Shown: positions 7,818 to 18,600, counted from the stretch's first letter. The stretch: DNA of 64,000 nt from an uncultured virus (IMG/VR IMGVR_UViG_3300036806_000229) (IMGVR_UViG_3300036806_000229); one strand, 5' to 3'. Notes: a model not told the origin generated them from the letters alone. Made by a program: numbers and translations.

Positions 7818-10361
7818 ATGGATTCAGATTTCAACATCCTCGACGCGCTGAGGGATTATCAGTCCCGATCCCTCCCGCGCAACGGGCATATGTCATTTGA
7901 TGAGTGGAGGGTAGAAACCCAACTGGGCAAATCGCCCAGTAATTCTGGGCGCCAGTCATCATTAGGTCATCTGAATCCAGGAGTCGGTATGCTTGGCCAC
8001 GCGGGGCACACATCCTCGCGTGCGCCAGCGGGACCAAACCAAAGGCCAAGCGGGAACCAAGCCACTGGCTTAAGACAATGGCCGCAGCAGTTTGGCGGCA
8101 TTCCGACCGGGAATGAAGGCCAGGATATTCCCAGCAAGTACAATTCCCAACGGATTCAACAGCCAACGCCCTGGGTCAACGATGTGGACATGGCGAGTAT
8201 TTGGTACTCGCCGATGGAGCCTGTTTGGCCGTTCGGGCCACCCTATTACAACAGACCAAGGGAATGGGATTTTCCCGTTGGTTATAATTTAAACTATATT
8301 CCCCAGCGCCTGCAAAACGTGTCCATGCTACGCGGGATGCGGAAGTCGTGGGGAGTGTTGTCAACTTTGATCGAGACCCGTAAGGATCAGTTGCTTCGCC
8401 TGCCGTGGACAATCCAGATGAAGGATAAGCCCCGGGCGAGCAACAAGCGGGTTGAGGAATGTAGGAAGTTTTTTCGCCGCCCAGATGGGAAGAATTCTTA
8501 CGGCCAGTGGTCCAGACTGTTACTCGACGATCTTTTTGTCATTGATAGCCCGACCATATTTCTGGATCGCATGGCTAGTGGCAAGATTCGGCAAGCTGAA
8601 GTTCTGGACGGTGGGACAATTTTCCCCATAATCGACGACGCGGGACGAAGACCAGATACAATTTACCAGATGAACGATTCCGGCATTGTGTATGAGGAGC
8701 GCCAGCCGGCATTTCAGCAAATCATCTACGGCCTTCCGATGGTGAATATGTCGGAAGATGAATTGATTTATGCCAAAATGCGCCCGTTGCCGGAACTGCC
8801 CGTCTTTGGCTTCAGTCCAGTCGAACAGATCCTGATCGAGGCCACAGAAGCCATACGTAAAACGTTTTATCAGCTAGAATTCTGGCGTTCTGGCTCCATG
8901 CCAGAAATGATCGTCACGGTTCCAGACACGTGGTCACCGAAACAAATCGCCGTTTTCCAGGCCCATTTCGACGCATTGTTATCGGGGCAGTTAAGTCTTA
9001 AATCCAAGGTCCGGTTTTTGCCGGGCGGAATGAAGCCCTTTGATATAAAAAACGCATCTGGCGAAAGCCTCTGGTCTCAGCGAGACGAAACCCTGATCCG
9101 ATTGGCATGTTTTGCCTTTTCTATCCCGCCGACTCCATTTGTTAAACAGGCTAATCGATCCACGGCTCAAAATGCCCAGCAAACTGCACAAGAAGAGGGG
9201 TTATACCCCCTCATGGGCTGGTGGAAAGACGACATCATCGACTGTATTATACAAGAAAAGTTCGGTTATGATGATATTGAGTTCGTTTTTCTGCCCAGGC
9301 CCGAGGTTGATCTTCTCAAACAGTCGCAAATACATCAAATCCAATTGAATGAGGGGATTAGAACCCGGAATGAAGTTCGAGAAGAACTGGGTCAAGAGCC
9401 GTTTGGGCAAGGTGGCGACATCCCAACTATAACCACTGGAGCTGGCGTTATCCCGCTTCATATGGCAGTGGAGGGGCAACAGTTCGCAATAGGCAGTGGA
9501 AGTGTGGGTGGTGATGATAAACCCGCGCCGAAATCCATGCCAAAGCCAAAGCCCGAACCCAATCAACAGGGTCAAAGCCAAAATACACCGCAAAAAGGCA
9601 ACGCCAAGCCGCATTCGGCCACACCTCAGCCGCCGGCGAAGCCCACGTCAGTGCATAAGGTCAGCCATGAAGATGTGAAATCAGCTGCAAAAGAGGCAGA
9701 AAAGAACCCGAAGGGCAATAAAAAACGTGCGGGGAATTATCCAAAGGGGCATATTTGGGTTCAGGGTCTAAATATCTCGATTGAAAATGCCAAGGGATCT
9801 AAGCGCGGCGAGAAGGACAAGTTCGGTCGTGGGCAGGAGGTTAAGATGCCTACTGCCTATGGCTATATCCGTGGCCATTTTGGCGCGGATGGAGACCAGA
9901 TTGATGTCTACATTGGCAAACATCCCGAAAGCCCGAATGTTTGGGTTATTGACCAGGATAAAGTTAATGAAGAGGGTCATGACCAAGGTTTTGACGAACA
10001 CAAGGTCATGTTGGGATATAAAAAACTGAAGCGGGCGGTTAAAGACTACCTTAAATCCCATTTCGACAACCAAGGGCATGAACGGGTTCAATCTGTTACG
10101 TTAATTTCCGTTAAGGATTTCAAGGAATGGTTGAAAAGCGGTGACCTTAAGCGCCCGGTTAGTGAGCAACACGTCGGCCAGGTGGTTCTCCGCCGCGGCG
10201 ATGAAATGTTACAGAAAGCCGGGGATACGATTCAGCAGTCTACGGGGCTGTTGCACTATGACCAGAAGGTTTCGGCGAAAAAGAGAAAGAAGAATAAGAA
10301 GGCGAGACGACAGAAATCTGACCTCGGCCCTCGATGGTTGACCCTTCGTGCCGGGGCCTAA
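7818..10361 (+). CDS. Portal protein fused to a C-terminal InPase (inorganic pyrophosphatase-like) domain
   Basis: Portal motifs GFSPVEQ and GIRTRNEVREELG.EP; after a Pro/Gln/Lys linker, GNYPKGH..ISIEN..YGYIRG..GADGDQIDVY..FDEHKVMLGY. Confidence 0.88.
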   Translation: MDSDFNILDALRDYQSRSLPRNGHMSFDEWRVETQLGKSPSNSGRQSSLGHLNPGVGMLGHAGHTSSRAPAGPNQRPSGNQATGLRQWPQQFGGIPTGNEGQDIPSKYNSQRIQQPTPWVNDVDMASIWYSPMEPVWPFGPPYYNRPREWDFPVGYNLNYIPQRLQNVSMLRGMRKSWGVLSTLIETRKDQLLRLPWTIQMKDKPRASNKRVEECRKFFRRPDGKNSYGQWSRLLLDDLFVIDSPTIFLDRMASGKIRQAEVLDGGTIFPIIDDAGRRPDTIYQMNDSGIVYEERQPAFQQIIYGLPMVNMSEDELIYAKMRPLPELPVFGFSPVEQILIEATEAIRKTFYQLEFWRSGSMPEMIVTVPDTWSPKQIAVFQAHFDALLSGQLSLKSKVRFLPGGMKPFDIKNASGESLWSQRDETLIRLACFAFSIPPTPFVKQANRSTAQNAQQTAQEEGLYPLMGWWKDDIIDCIIQEKFGYDDIEFVFLPRPEVDLLKQSQIHQIQLNEGIRTRNEVREELGQEPFGQGGDIPTITTGAGVIPLHMAVEGQQFAIGSGSVGGDDKPAPKSMPKPKPEPNQQGQSQNTPQKGNAKPHSATPQPPAKPTSVHKVSHEDVKSAAKEAEKNPKGNKKRAGNYPKGHIWVQGLNISIENAKGSKRGEKDKFGRGQEVKMPTAYGYIRGHFGADGDQIDVYIGKHPESPNVWVIDQDKVNEEGHDQGFDEHKVMLGYKKLKRAVKDYLKSHFDNQGHERVQSVTLISVKDFKEWLKSGDLKRPVSEQHVGQVVLRRGDEMLQKAGDTIQQSTGLLHYDQKVSAKKRKKNKKARRQKSDLGPRWLTLRAGA

Positions 10362-10794
10362 TCCGTATCCGCTGGTTAAGATGCAGACTTTTAACCTTGG
10401 CGGGGTGATACAGACGACGATCGGTCCAGTGCCTATCGGCAATGATGGGATATTCTTCGCCCCGGCCAGTGATATCGGCACGCTTCAGGCGATCGGCTGT
10501 ATATTGGTCCAACAACCAGCCGGCGGCAATGGAACAACCCATTACGTTGATCTCGACACCAGCCTCGCGTCACAAACCTATATCCTCCCTTCAGATCCCA
10601 TTGACAACGACGTGTATGTGTTAAAGGATGCGAAGGGTATGATTCAAACAAACCCGGTAACAGTGATCCCGGGCACTGGTGGCGTGTTGATTGACAATGC
10701 CAGTCAGTTCCCAAACCCGCCTAGTGTCTGGATCAATTGGTCCGCGTTCAGTTTCCGTTGGAGCCAGGGTCAAGGTAAATGGTTAGTGCAGTAA
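10348..10794 (+). CDS. Putative virion adaptor or decoration protein (no signal peptide)
   Basis: N-terminal module shared with ORF 15100; C-terminal LP..P..ND....KD module of the T4 gp9/gp10-like type. Confidence 0.5.
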   Translation: MPGPNPYPLVKMQTFNLGGVIQTTIGPVPIGNDGIFFAPASDIGTLQAIGCILVQQPAGGNGTTHYVDLDTSLASQTYILPSDPIDNDVYVLKDAKGMIQTNPVTVIPGTGGVLIDNASQFPNPPSVWINWSAFSFRWSQGQGKWLVQ

Positions 10795-11111
10795 TTTGGT
10801 TCCTGCTTGGCATCACCCCGGCTTTGGCGGGTGAGATGCCATCTGCGTGTTCACCAGATACGCCATACGAAATTTGTATCTTAATCATCCAACGCAACAA
10901 CGCCCTGAATGATGTGGCACACAATGCCGGCCAGCAAGATTTACAAGAAAAGAAATGGAAAGCTGAAGATGAAGCAAAGGCCAAATATTGGAAGAAATAC
11001 ATTGATGGGGAAGAAATCCAACGGCAGGGGTTAGCTCAATACTGGTCCGAATACATCACCGGAATGCAAATCAAAACCGCCCGTGCCGCTGAAGTTGGTA
11101 GGAGACACTAA
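10779..11111 (+). CDS. Exported small coiled-coil protein
   Basis: Signal peptide ALA-G; helical QRNNALND segment; 2 Cys. Confidence 0.55.
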   Translation: MVSAVIWFLLGITPALAGEMPSACSPDTPYEICILIIQRNNALNDVAHNAGQQDLQEKKWKAEDEAKAKYWKKYIDGEEIQRQGLAQYWSEYITGMQIKTARAAEVGRRH

Positions 11112-12059
11112 GTGAAAAGATGGATTGTATTACTTAGTATCTTTGCACTGGTTTGGTCACAAACCGCCAATGCCGCGTATGTACCAACACCAACGTCGGT
11201 AATTGCTGGCGGTACTGGCTTGGCAACTCTTACCGCGCACGGGGTATTGGTAGGAAATGGAACATCAAGTGTGGTATTGGTTGGACCAGGAAGTACTTCC
11301 GGCGTCGCATTGGTTTCCGGTGGTTCTTCAGCCGATCCAAGTTTCACCACCGTCTTGCCAGTAGGCGGTGGTACTGGTTTAGCAACGCTCACTGCCCATA
11401 ATGTAATGTTGGGTGAAGGAACCAGTAACGTTGCCTTCGCCGCGCCAGGTGCAACTACTGGTGTTCCACTCATTTCAAACAACGCCACAACCGACCCGTC
11501 ATTCGGCACCGCGGCGGTGGCCGGTGGTGGTACAGGCGCCACAACCCTTGCCGCAAACGGTGTGCTGGTCGGTGAAGGTACATCTGCCGTTCATGTGGTG
11601 GGAACATCGTCCACAGCCGATTCCGTCGTCGCATGGGCAGCGGCAGGTTCCGATCCTGCGGCCTTGGCCATTGGCTCATGTTCGGCAGCGTCAAACGCCC
11701 TGACATATAGCACTTCATCCCATGTTTTTGGTTGTAACACCATTTCCGCCGGTGCCGCACCGTCTGTTGCCATTGCCGCCACATCTGCGTCAATCACCCT
11801 AGCCTCAACCAATCTTCTAACCACGGTAGTAAACAACACCACCGTTGCTACGGCAACATTGCCCAGCGCCGTGACCGTAGGCACTGGTTTCCGTGGATGC
11901 ATTAAAGATGGAACAGAAGATTTTTCTGCCCATAACGTAACATTGAAGAGTACCGCCGGGACCATTGATGGAATTGCTGCCGCGACAGGAATTGTTATGA
12001 ATATAACCCACCAGGAACTCTGCGCCATATCTGATGGAACTAACTGGTACGTTGAGTGA
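11112..12059 (+). CDS. Exported tail-fibre-like protein
   Basis: Signal peptide ANA-A; three GGTG.ATL.AhgVl.GeGTS fibre-shaft repeats; C-terminal gp10-like module. Confidence 0.7.
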   Translation: MKRWIVLLSIFALVWSQTANAAYVPTPTSVIAGGTGLATLTAHGVLVGNGTSSVVLVGPGSTSGVALVSGGSSADPSFTTVLPVGGGTGLATLTAHNVMLGEGTSNVAFAAPGATTGVPLISNNATTDPSFGTAAVAGGGTGATTLAANGVLVGEGTSAVHVVGTSSTADSVVAWAAAGSDPAALAIGSCSAASNALTYSTSSHVFGCNTISAGAAPSVAIAATSASITLASTNLLTTVVNNTTVATATLPSAVTVGTGFRGCIKDGTEDFSAHNVTLKSTAGTIDGIAAATGIVMNITHQELCAISDGTNWYVE

Positions 12060-12071
12060 TTTGGGCGATGG

Positions 12072-12932
12072 ATGATGCGCCGATGGATATGGGTTGTAAT
12101 CGGTTTATGGTTTGGGTTGTTCATTTCGTCAGTAGGCCAGACTGCATACCGTGATATATTTCAGTATGGCGGCCAAGGCAACGCGGGAGTTGGGATTGTA
12201 CCGTCGGCACTGACGGATGGAAGTTCAATCGCCGTCAATGCGCATTTATCAAACACATTTACATTAACAATTACCGGTACCAGCCACACAATTTCAAACC
12301 CAACAAACGAGGTCACTGGTCAACCAGTTGACTTTATCATTACACAAAATGCCACTGGCGGTTTCAGTCCACTTTGGGACACGCATTTTACATTTCCCGG
12401 CGGTGGCCCGAGTTTAAACACTGCCGCGAATGCGGTAAGTGTAATTTCATGTAAAGTTGCAACTGCAAATGCAGTTGGTGGGATTATTTGTCTAGCCGGT
12501 CCTCAGGCCCAAGGTACTGGGGCGAGTTTTTCGGGCAACCCAGCTGACCCGACAGGCGCGGGGACATCTGGCACCGCAGCCATGATGGGGATGGGTAGCA
12601 CGTGCAAAGTTACGCCAGCAACAACTGGTCGGATTAACTTTACTTTTGACGGAACAGTTGCATCTGCCACTATCGCCGATGGCGGTACGATCGCGTTACG
12701 GTATGGAACGGGAACTGCACCGGCAAATGCAGCCGCAGCTACCGGAACAGTATTGGGTAATAGTCCTCAATACCTGGTTTCGACCACTGCGGCTCGCTAC
12801 CCTTATGCACTTAACCGAGTAGTGACAGGATTAACAGTAGGAACTGCATATTGGTTCGATGTGAGCTTAACACCTAACGCATCGGTTGTGGTAACTATAC
12901 GGGGTAATACATGCACTGCAATGGAGTATTAA
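12072..12932 (+). CDS. Exported fibre/spike-like protein
   Basis: RR + hydrophobic leader; LTDGSSIAV..NPTN..G..FIITQ fibre domain shared with ORF 16141. Confidence 0.6.
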   Translation: MMRRWIWVVIGLWFGLFISSVGQTAYRDIFQYGGQGNAGVGIVPSALTDGSSIAVNAHLSNTFTLTITGTSHTISNPTNEVTGQPVDFIITQNATGGFSPLWDTHFTFPGGGPSLNTAANAVSVISCKVATANAVGGIICLAGPQAQGTGASFSGNPADPTGAGTSGTAAMMGMGSTCKVTPATTGRINFTFDGTVASATIADGGTIALRYGTGTAPANAAAATGTVLGNSPQYLVSTTAARYPYALNRVVTGLTVGTAYWFDVSLTPNASVVVTIRGNTCTAMEY

Positions 12933-12934
12933 AT

Positions 12935-13195
12935 ATGAAGTGGACCTGGGGTTTAATTTTCCTGGCCATGATTAGTACGGTCCATGTGGTTCATGCCCGA
13001 GATATGAAAGCTAAAAATCCGGCCCCAGTCTCCTGTCCCTCAACCCAATCAATGGTTTCCTTTTCCTCCACCCATAAAGGCTGTGTGTTGTACTGGTTAA
13101 GTATAAATGGGGCAACCATAGCCGGGGTCAGGGATCTGAAAACTAACACCATTGTCGAACAGCCGGCGTTGAACCTGCATTATGAAGGTAAGTAA
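12935..13195 (+). CDS. Exported small protein
   Basis: Signal peptide VHA-R; 2 Cys. Confidence 0.55.
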   Translation: MKWTWGLIFLAMISTVHVVHARDMKAKNPAPVSCPSTQSMVSFSSTHKGCVLYWLSINGATIAGVRDLKTNTIVEQPALNLHYEGK

Positions 13196-13196
13196 A

Positions 13197-13652
13197 ATGC
13201 GGAAATGGATCTTAGTCCTCGCGTTAGCTTTGGCATTTCCATTTACATCTCAGGCCGCACCTCCGGCTGCCTGTGGTACAGGTGTTACCAACTGTACGAA
13301 TGACACATCTGCAGATGAACTTTTACGCGCCGCGAGTCTTGATCCTAATTCACAAGCCCGAATTTATGGTCTGTGGGTCGGAGAATGTTTAAGTGTGTTC
13401 AATGAAGATCCAGGAACTGCAAACCATACCTCTCGTGTTCAATACTGCGGCGCGGTAGTTGGGCAAAAAGTTCCTCTAAACATGCTGGTTTGGATTGTAT
13501 TTGCAAGTTCGAATATAAGAAACCAGGTACTAGTTAATTACCCTAACCCATCATCGCCGTTGTTGGGTAATATGGTCGATGTGGACGCGAAAACTGCAAT
13601 TGATTCATCGATTACTGGTTACGGTCTCGCGGGAACATGGCCGGCTCCGTGA
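13197..13652 (+). CDS. Exported protein
   Basis: Signal peptide MRKWILVLALALAFPFTSQA-A; 4 Cys. Confidence 0.65.
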   Translation: MRKWILVLALALAFPFTSQAAPPAACGTGVTNCTNDTSADELLRAASLDPNSQARIYGLWVGECLSVFNEDPGTANHTSRVQYCGAVVGQKVPLNMLVWIVFASSNIRNQVLVNYPNPSSPLLGNMVDVDAKTAIDSSITGYGLAGTWPAP

Positions 13653-14200
13653 GAAAGTTTACTGCATATTTAATTGGATTGTTGCTACTATCCCGGCCAG
13701 TTTATGCAGATTGTTTATACGACCCAACATATCCATTAGTTTCTACTACCAGCCTTTTTGCTGCTGCAGATTTATCCAGTCTCGGTGCAAACGCGTGTAA
13801 ATTATCCACCGGCGGAACAAGTGGTGTATTTACAGTCAGTACCGTTACTGGTTACGCACTTTTCGGCCGAATTGCATTTAAAGTCATCACGACAGGATTT
13901 ACCCCATCTGCAGGGCAGAATTTATCTATCTGGCTCCTTCGTTCATTCGACGGGTCGACTTATGAACAAAACTACGTATCATCATGCGGATCTACTCAGG
14001 GTCCAGTTCAACGTGCCCCGGATTTTGTTATCCCACTACCGCCGGTTGCTTTGGCTGCTAACGACCTTCTCTGGTCTTATCCAGGTTTAGTCCCTGAAGG
14101 GCAGACATTTAAAGTCGTGCTTTGGAATAATGGAACTACGGCATTGACCGCGGCCAATCACACCGTGACTTTGGGCGTTTCGGCAGTGAAATGTCAATAA
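13637..14200 (+). CDS. Exported jelly-roll-like virion protein
   Basis: Signal peptide VYA-D; WLLRSFDGSTYE and FKVVLWNNG beta pattern seen in phage spike-base-like proteins. Confidence 0.55.
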   Translation: MAGSVRKFTAYLIGLLLLSRPVYADCLYDPTYPLVSTTSLFAAADLSSLGANACKLSTGGTSGVFTVSTVTGYALFGRIAFKVITTGFTPSAGQNLSIWLLRSFDGSTYEQNYVSSCGSTQGPVQRAPDFVIPLPPVALAANDLLWSYPGLVPEGQTFKVVLWNNGTTALTAANHTVTLGVSAVKCQ

Positions 14201-15084
14201 GGGCGCTATTTGGGGCTGTAATTTGGCTTCTGTATAGCGGTTCTGGCTATGCACAGCAAATTCCCACAAATCAACCCAACTGGGCTTTTACAGGCTGTTC
14301 ACCCCGGGTTAATTACTCAAATCCATTAACTCAAGGATTAAGCGCTTTATGGGTTACGATTGGTGGTTTACAGTATGAACTGATAAGCAATACATACGGA
14401 ATATATACTTCACAGGGACCGATAACTGGACCTTATGGTCAAACTACCCCATTTGGATCATCGAATATACTTTTTACCCATGCTTCTGTACCGCAAATTA
14501 ATAATTCCAATGGGTTAAGTGTTTTTTTCTTAGGCAATCCCGCGTCAAGCGCCTCTAATATTAGTTTCGCGGTTGTGGTTGGATTTGGTACTGGAGCAGA
14601 CCCAAATATGGGTTTGGTAATGAATGCGGATGAAACCTTTAGTGCTTCAGCCCACTCGTTTCTAATTTATAACGTAGATTCGTTGTCTAATATTTTTACT
14701 GCAGCCACAGACGGAAATGGTGGGGTAGATGGTGAATGGCATGTATTTATAGCCACGATACAAGGGTCCAATACCACTGGTTATCAAATATATGTAGATA
14801 ACAAAAATCTAGGCATAACCGTAGGATCTACAACTGGCCCGTGGACCAGTTATTCTGGAAACACTCTAAGCATTGGCGCAAATATAGACGGGACTAATAG
14901 TCTTACAGGTGGATCTATAGCAATGGTCGGAGCGTATAATCGAATACTTTCTCCAAATGATCGGGCAAGTTTGACTGTAAATCCCTATCAATTGATCAGC
15001 TGTCCAGTTCCAGATCAATTGTTAACTATGATGGGGAACTGGTTTCTAACCCAAGGCGGTTCATTCATCTTCAAACCGTTCTAA
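14191..15084 (+). CDS. Exported concanavalin A / LamG-like lectin domain protein
   Basis: Signal peptide GYA-Q; GEWHVFIATI..YQIYVD..LSIGA..GSIAMVGAYNRILS LamG-like motifs. Confidence 0.75.
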   Translation: MSIRALFGAVIWLLYSGSGYAQQIPTNQPNWAFTGCSPRVNYSNPLTQGLSALWVTIGGLQYELISNTYGIYTSQGPITGPYGQTTPFGSSNILFTHASVPQINNSNGLSVFFLGNPASSASNISFAVVVGFGTGADPNMGLVMNADETFSASAHSFLIYNVDSLSNIFTAATDGNGGVDGEWHVFIATIQGSNTTGYQIYVDNKNLGITVGSTTGPWTSYSGNTLSIGANIDGTNSLTGGSIAMVGAYNRILSPNDRASLTVNPYQLISCPVPDQLLTMMGNWFLTQGGSFIFKPF

Positions 15085-15099
15085 AAGGAAGAGGACTAC

Positions 15100-15795
15100 A
15101 TGGCACAACCAGTACAGACCGTTCAACTTGCAACCAACGGGTTGAGCGGAGTGATTCAAGGACTGTTTGGAACCTACGTTCCACTAGCCGATGGGACGAT
15201 TCAAGCCGATTCCAGAGATGTAATTGACTTGATCCGGGCGGGAATGACATATGTGAACAAAGTCACCCGAACGATGTCATTTTCCATTGCTCCAGCTACA
15301 GCCTCGGCCACAGTTTACGTCGCCAACGTCGCGGCGACAAACGTAGCACTGACCATCGCCGCGCAACCGGATGTGGTCCGGCCGTTTCAGGCAGTCTTTG
15401 CCCCTGGTGCAGCAGCAGTCACCGCTGGCACACTTACGGTGGTGTATACCGGAAACGACGGTATTACCCACACGGATGTGTTCTCGCTCGTTACCGGCTC
15501 CGGCGTCAGTCTTACCCCTAACTCGTCCAAAGCCTGCGCCCATATTACCTCTGCCACCATCGCCGGAATCGCAGGCGGCTCGTCGCCAACGATTCAGATC
15601 GGCTCAACTGCTGCCTTGGGTCTGGTTTGCGATCCTGGGTTCCAGGGCTTCGCAGTCCAGAAAGAAAATGATGGAAGCGGCAATGCGACAGTTGGAACCG
15701 TTAACGCGGGACAAGGCGCTATTGCCCCGACTGCGGCTCCTAACGCGACGCGGACATATGAGTTTACTTACAGTTATATCGCGCCGGGTGTGTAA
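15100..15795 (+). CDS. Putative head decoration or adaptor protein (no signal peptide)
   Basis: Strong RBS; Ala/Thr-rich beta protein; N-terminal module shared with ORF 10348. Confidence 0.55.
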   Translation: MAQPVQTVQLATNGLSGVIQGLFGTYVPLADGTIQADSRDVIDLIRAGMTYVNKVTRTMSFSIAPATASATVYVANVAATNVALTIAAQPDVVRPFQAVFAPGAAAVTAGTLTVVYTGNDGITHTDVFSLVTGSGVSLTPNSSKACAHITSATIAGIAGGSSPTIQIGSTAALGLVCDPGFQGFAVQKENDGSGNATVGTVNAGQGAIAPTAAPNATRTYEFTYSYIAPGV

Positions 15796-15796
15796 T

Positions 15797-16144
15797 ATGA
15801 ACTGGGTTATAAGCGCCCTAGGGGCGCTTATGATTTGTCTGGGGTTTAATGCCCAGGCTCAAATTTCTATTTCCCGCCCATTGATCGTGGTTCCATCCAC
15901 TATTGGCGCGTCTCCCGTCACAGTTGACCAGGCTCGTCAGCGTGTGTATTTGGCAATGTTGAATCTTGATGGGGCCAATACAGTCGGTTGTACGTTTGAT
16001 GGCTCGACGCCAGTAGTAGGCGCCGCTGGGACGATGACATTCTTACCACATCAGGGTTATGTCTGGGACTCTGGCGTAATTCCGTCTAATATTCTCATCT
16101 GCATCGCCTCTGGCTCCAACACTGCATTTACGGTTCTTGAATGA
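15797..16144 (+). CDS. Exported small beta protein (paralog of 35190..35699)
   Basis: Signal peptide AQA-Q; R....LN.....V..TF pattern. Confidence 0.6.
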   Translation: MNWVISALGALMICLGFNAQAQISISRPLIVVPSTIGASPVTVDQARQRVYLAMLNLDGANTVGCTFDGSTPVVGAAGTMTFLPHQGYVWDSGVIPSNILICIASGSNTAFTVLE

Positions 16145-18600
16145 AAAAGATTTATGCGGTCCTCGGGCTTTTCCTTGGGCTGTGTATTAGTCATGTGGCG
16201 TGGGCAGGTGGGCCAGTAAACCCGCCGCCATGCTTTGTTGGCTCGATTCCGACCGGGAATTATCTTAAATACGCCGGTGGTGGTTGTGCCCAGGATGGCG
16301 GCACGGGAACCGGAGCAGCCACTCCAGGTGGTACAACTGGCCAAATACAACAAAACCGGCCACTTGGAACCTTTGCCCCGACAGCCTTAACTGACACCGG
16401 TACGACGATTACGTCATCTGAGCCATTGGCCGGGACTTGGAATTTTACTGGTACATTTCAGATTGGCGGCGTGACGATTACGTATCCAGCAAGTGGTGTA
16501 TTACTTGGGTCAACTGATACCCAGACCGTATCGGGTAAGAGCTTTAGCTGTTCAGCTAACACCTGCACCAATATTCCAAACTCGGCCCTTGTTAACCAGG
16601 GCTTAACTCTTGGTTCAACAAGCGGGATCAATCTCGGCTCAACAACTTCTTCCATTGCTGGGTTAACCCTTACCGCATCGCCCATCCTTGCATTGCGTGA
16701 CGCTAGTGCTGCATTTGACGTCAGCTTAGTTGCTACGTCCTCTGCAACACTTACAGGAGGCAGAGTAGTCACATTTGACGTGGTGAATGGAAGCCGGACA
16801 TTTAAACTTGGATCGAACCTTACCGTTGCAACAGACCCAGGTGCTGTAACTGGGGCTCTTAAGGCAAACGGCACGGGAACATTTACCCAAGCCGCCTGTG
16901 GCGATTTATCTAATTCTGGAAGTGGATGTGCAGGAACGCTGCCAACTGGCGCAAATCCATCCGCGACTATTGGAGCGGCAGCAACTAACGGCTCGGCCAC
17001 TACGTTCTTACGCTCGGACTCTGCGCCGGCCATCGGTTCCAATGCCGTTACAAACGCCCTTCTAGCTCAAGCAGCATCGAAAACCCTGAAGGGCAATTTA
17101 TCCGGTGTCACTGCCAATGTAAGCGACATATCCGCGCCAGATTGTCCTGACACTGGAGGGCAGCATTGGAACTCGTCCGGTGGTGTAATTATCTGTGGAA
17201 CTAGTGGCGGCGGCTCTGGTACGCCGATTATATTTGAAGGCGCAGCGACTGGTACGAATACTTATACCGTTTCATCGTTAACGCCAGGAAGTGGTTTTGC
17301 GTATACAGATGGTTATATTCTCCGTTTACGGTTTGCGAATGGAAATACATCTGGAGCTACAATCAATGCGCTGACCCTGGGCGCGATACCGATTAATAAA
17401 CAAACACTTAGTGGGCTGGCAGCACTAACCGGCAGTGAGATTCAAGCGGCGAATACGCAATATGATTTGGTGTATAATGCTGCTGCCGGTGTGTTTGTTA
17501 TGACTACGATAATCCCTGGCACTGCCGCGTTCCAAAACATCAGCACCAGTGGTGCGAATGTAGGTTTGTTAAGCACAGTAAATACATTTAGTAAGAAACA
17601 GTTTATTACCCCAGTAACATTAACCGATTCCTCGTCGATTGCAGTTGACCCTACATTATCAAATCAGTACTATTGGACCATTGGAACCAGTGGCAACTGC
17701 CTTGCCAATCCATCTCCCACACTTACGGGTAACGATACTACAGTTTTTTACATAATCCAAGGCGGCAGTGGAAATAACATCCCTTGTGCATCTGGTTGGC
17801 CGACGGCATACCACTGGGCAGATGGGTCGGTATGTACGCCAGGAGTTACATATCCGTGTTGGTCAACGGCAGTAGGCGCCGAAGACCGGATTGTATGTAA
17901 TGTTCCACTAGGGCAGACGTACTGGGATTGTAGCCATCCACAAATTTCCTTTGCCTTGCCAGCATGGTCGTTGTATGCAAATCATGCGATTAGCACGGTG
18001 GCCGGAAGTGGCGGCTCGACTACTGTAACCGTGGCAATAGCCAATACGGTTGCTGGTGCATTCCGTACAGTTGAGTTTGGGTTCTGTGGCAATTCAGGAT
18101 GTACTGGAGCAACGGCGTCTCCGACATCTGTAACAGATGGTACGACAGCGTGTACACATGAATCCGGTACATTGGTAAGTGTTGCTGCATATGCAACGGA
18201 TATTTGGAAATGTTCAAATGTGCAGAACGCCGGAACCATTACTGGCACATGGGCATCACCCGTATTTTACGGTGTCGCAGCAGCTCAGGAATGGAAAAAT
18301 GCCGCGGCGACAGTTTCAGCTGGCCTTGGAAATATAAACAGTGGAAATCCCGTAACTTCACTATCCGTATCGTCTAGTGGATCAGTATCCCAGATCGGCG
18401 CATTGGTTTTATCGGCTATACTTAATTCCGGTACGGCGGGGCAAACAAGTGGTCAAACATCTATTGACCAATCAGCTGGCAACGGGATTGAATTAGGCAT
18501 TGCATACCAGCTTCCATCTTCTACGGGAACCAAAACCAACAGCGCGACGTTTGGGAGTAGCTATGGCGTCGGTTCAATTGCGGTGTTTAATCATCAATGA
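16141..18600 (+). CDS. Large exported tail-fibre-like protein (819 aa)
   Basis: Signal peptide AWA-G; Gly/Ser/Thr-rich fibre segments (NGSATTFLRSD, AVTNALLAQ); 18 Cys in the mature chain. Confidence 0.75.
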   Translation: MKKIYAVLGLFLGLCISHVAWAGGPVNPPPCFVGSIPTGNYLKYAGGGCAQDGGTGTGAATPGGTTGQIQQNRPLGTFAPTALTDTGTTITSSEPLAGTWNFTGTFQIGGVTITYPASGVLLGSTDTQTVSGKSFSCSANTCTNIPNSALVNQGLTLGSTSGINLGSTTSSIAGLTLTASPILALRDASAAFDVSLVATSSATLTGGRVVTFDVVNGSRTFKLGSNLTVATDPGAVTGALKANGTGTFTQAACGDLSNSGSGCAGTLPTGANPSATIGAAATNGSATTFLRSDSAPAIGSNAVTNALLAQAASKTLKGNLSGVTANVSDISAPDCPDTGGQHWNSSGGVIICGTSGGGSGTPIIFEGAATGTNTYTVSSLTPGSGFAYTDGYILRLRFANGNTSGATINALTLGAIPINKQTLSGLAALTGSEIQAANTQYDLVYNAAAGVFVMTTIIPGTAAFQNISTSGANVGLLSTVNTFSKKQFITPVTLTDSSSIAVDPTLSNQYYWTIGTSGNCLANPSPTLTGNDTTVFYIIQGGSGNNIPCASGWPTAYHWADGSVCTPGVTYPCWSTAVGAEDRIVCNVPLGQTYWDCSHPQISFALPAWSLYANHAISTVAGSGGSTTVTVAIANTVAGAFRTVEFGFCGNSGCTGATASPTSVTDGTTACTHESGTLVSVAAYATDIWKCSNVQNAGTITGTWASPVFYGVAAAQEWKNAAATVSAGLGNINSGNPVTSLSVSSSGSVSQIGALVLSAILNSGTAGQTSGQTSIDQSAGNGIELGIAYQLPSSTGTKTNSATFGSSYGVGSIAVFNHQ

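Noticed and set aside
15371..15796. N-terminal extension of the 257-aa ORF (similarly 7680..7817 of the portal and 51433..51483 of the ATPase)
   Set aside because: They overlap upstream genes; internal ATGs right after the upstream stops give better starts
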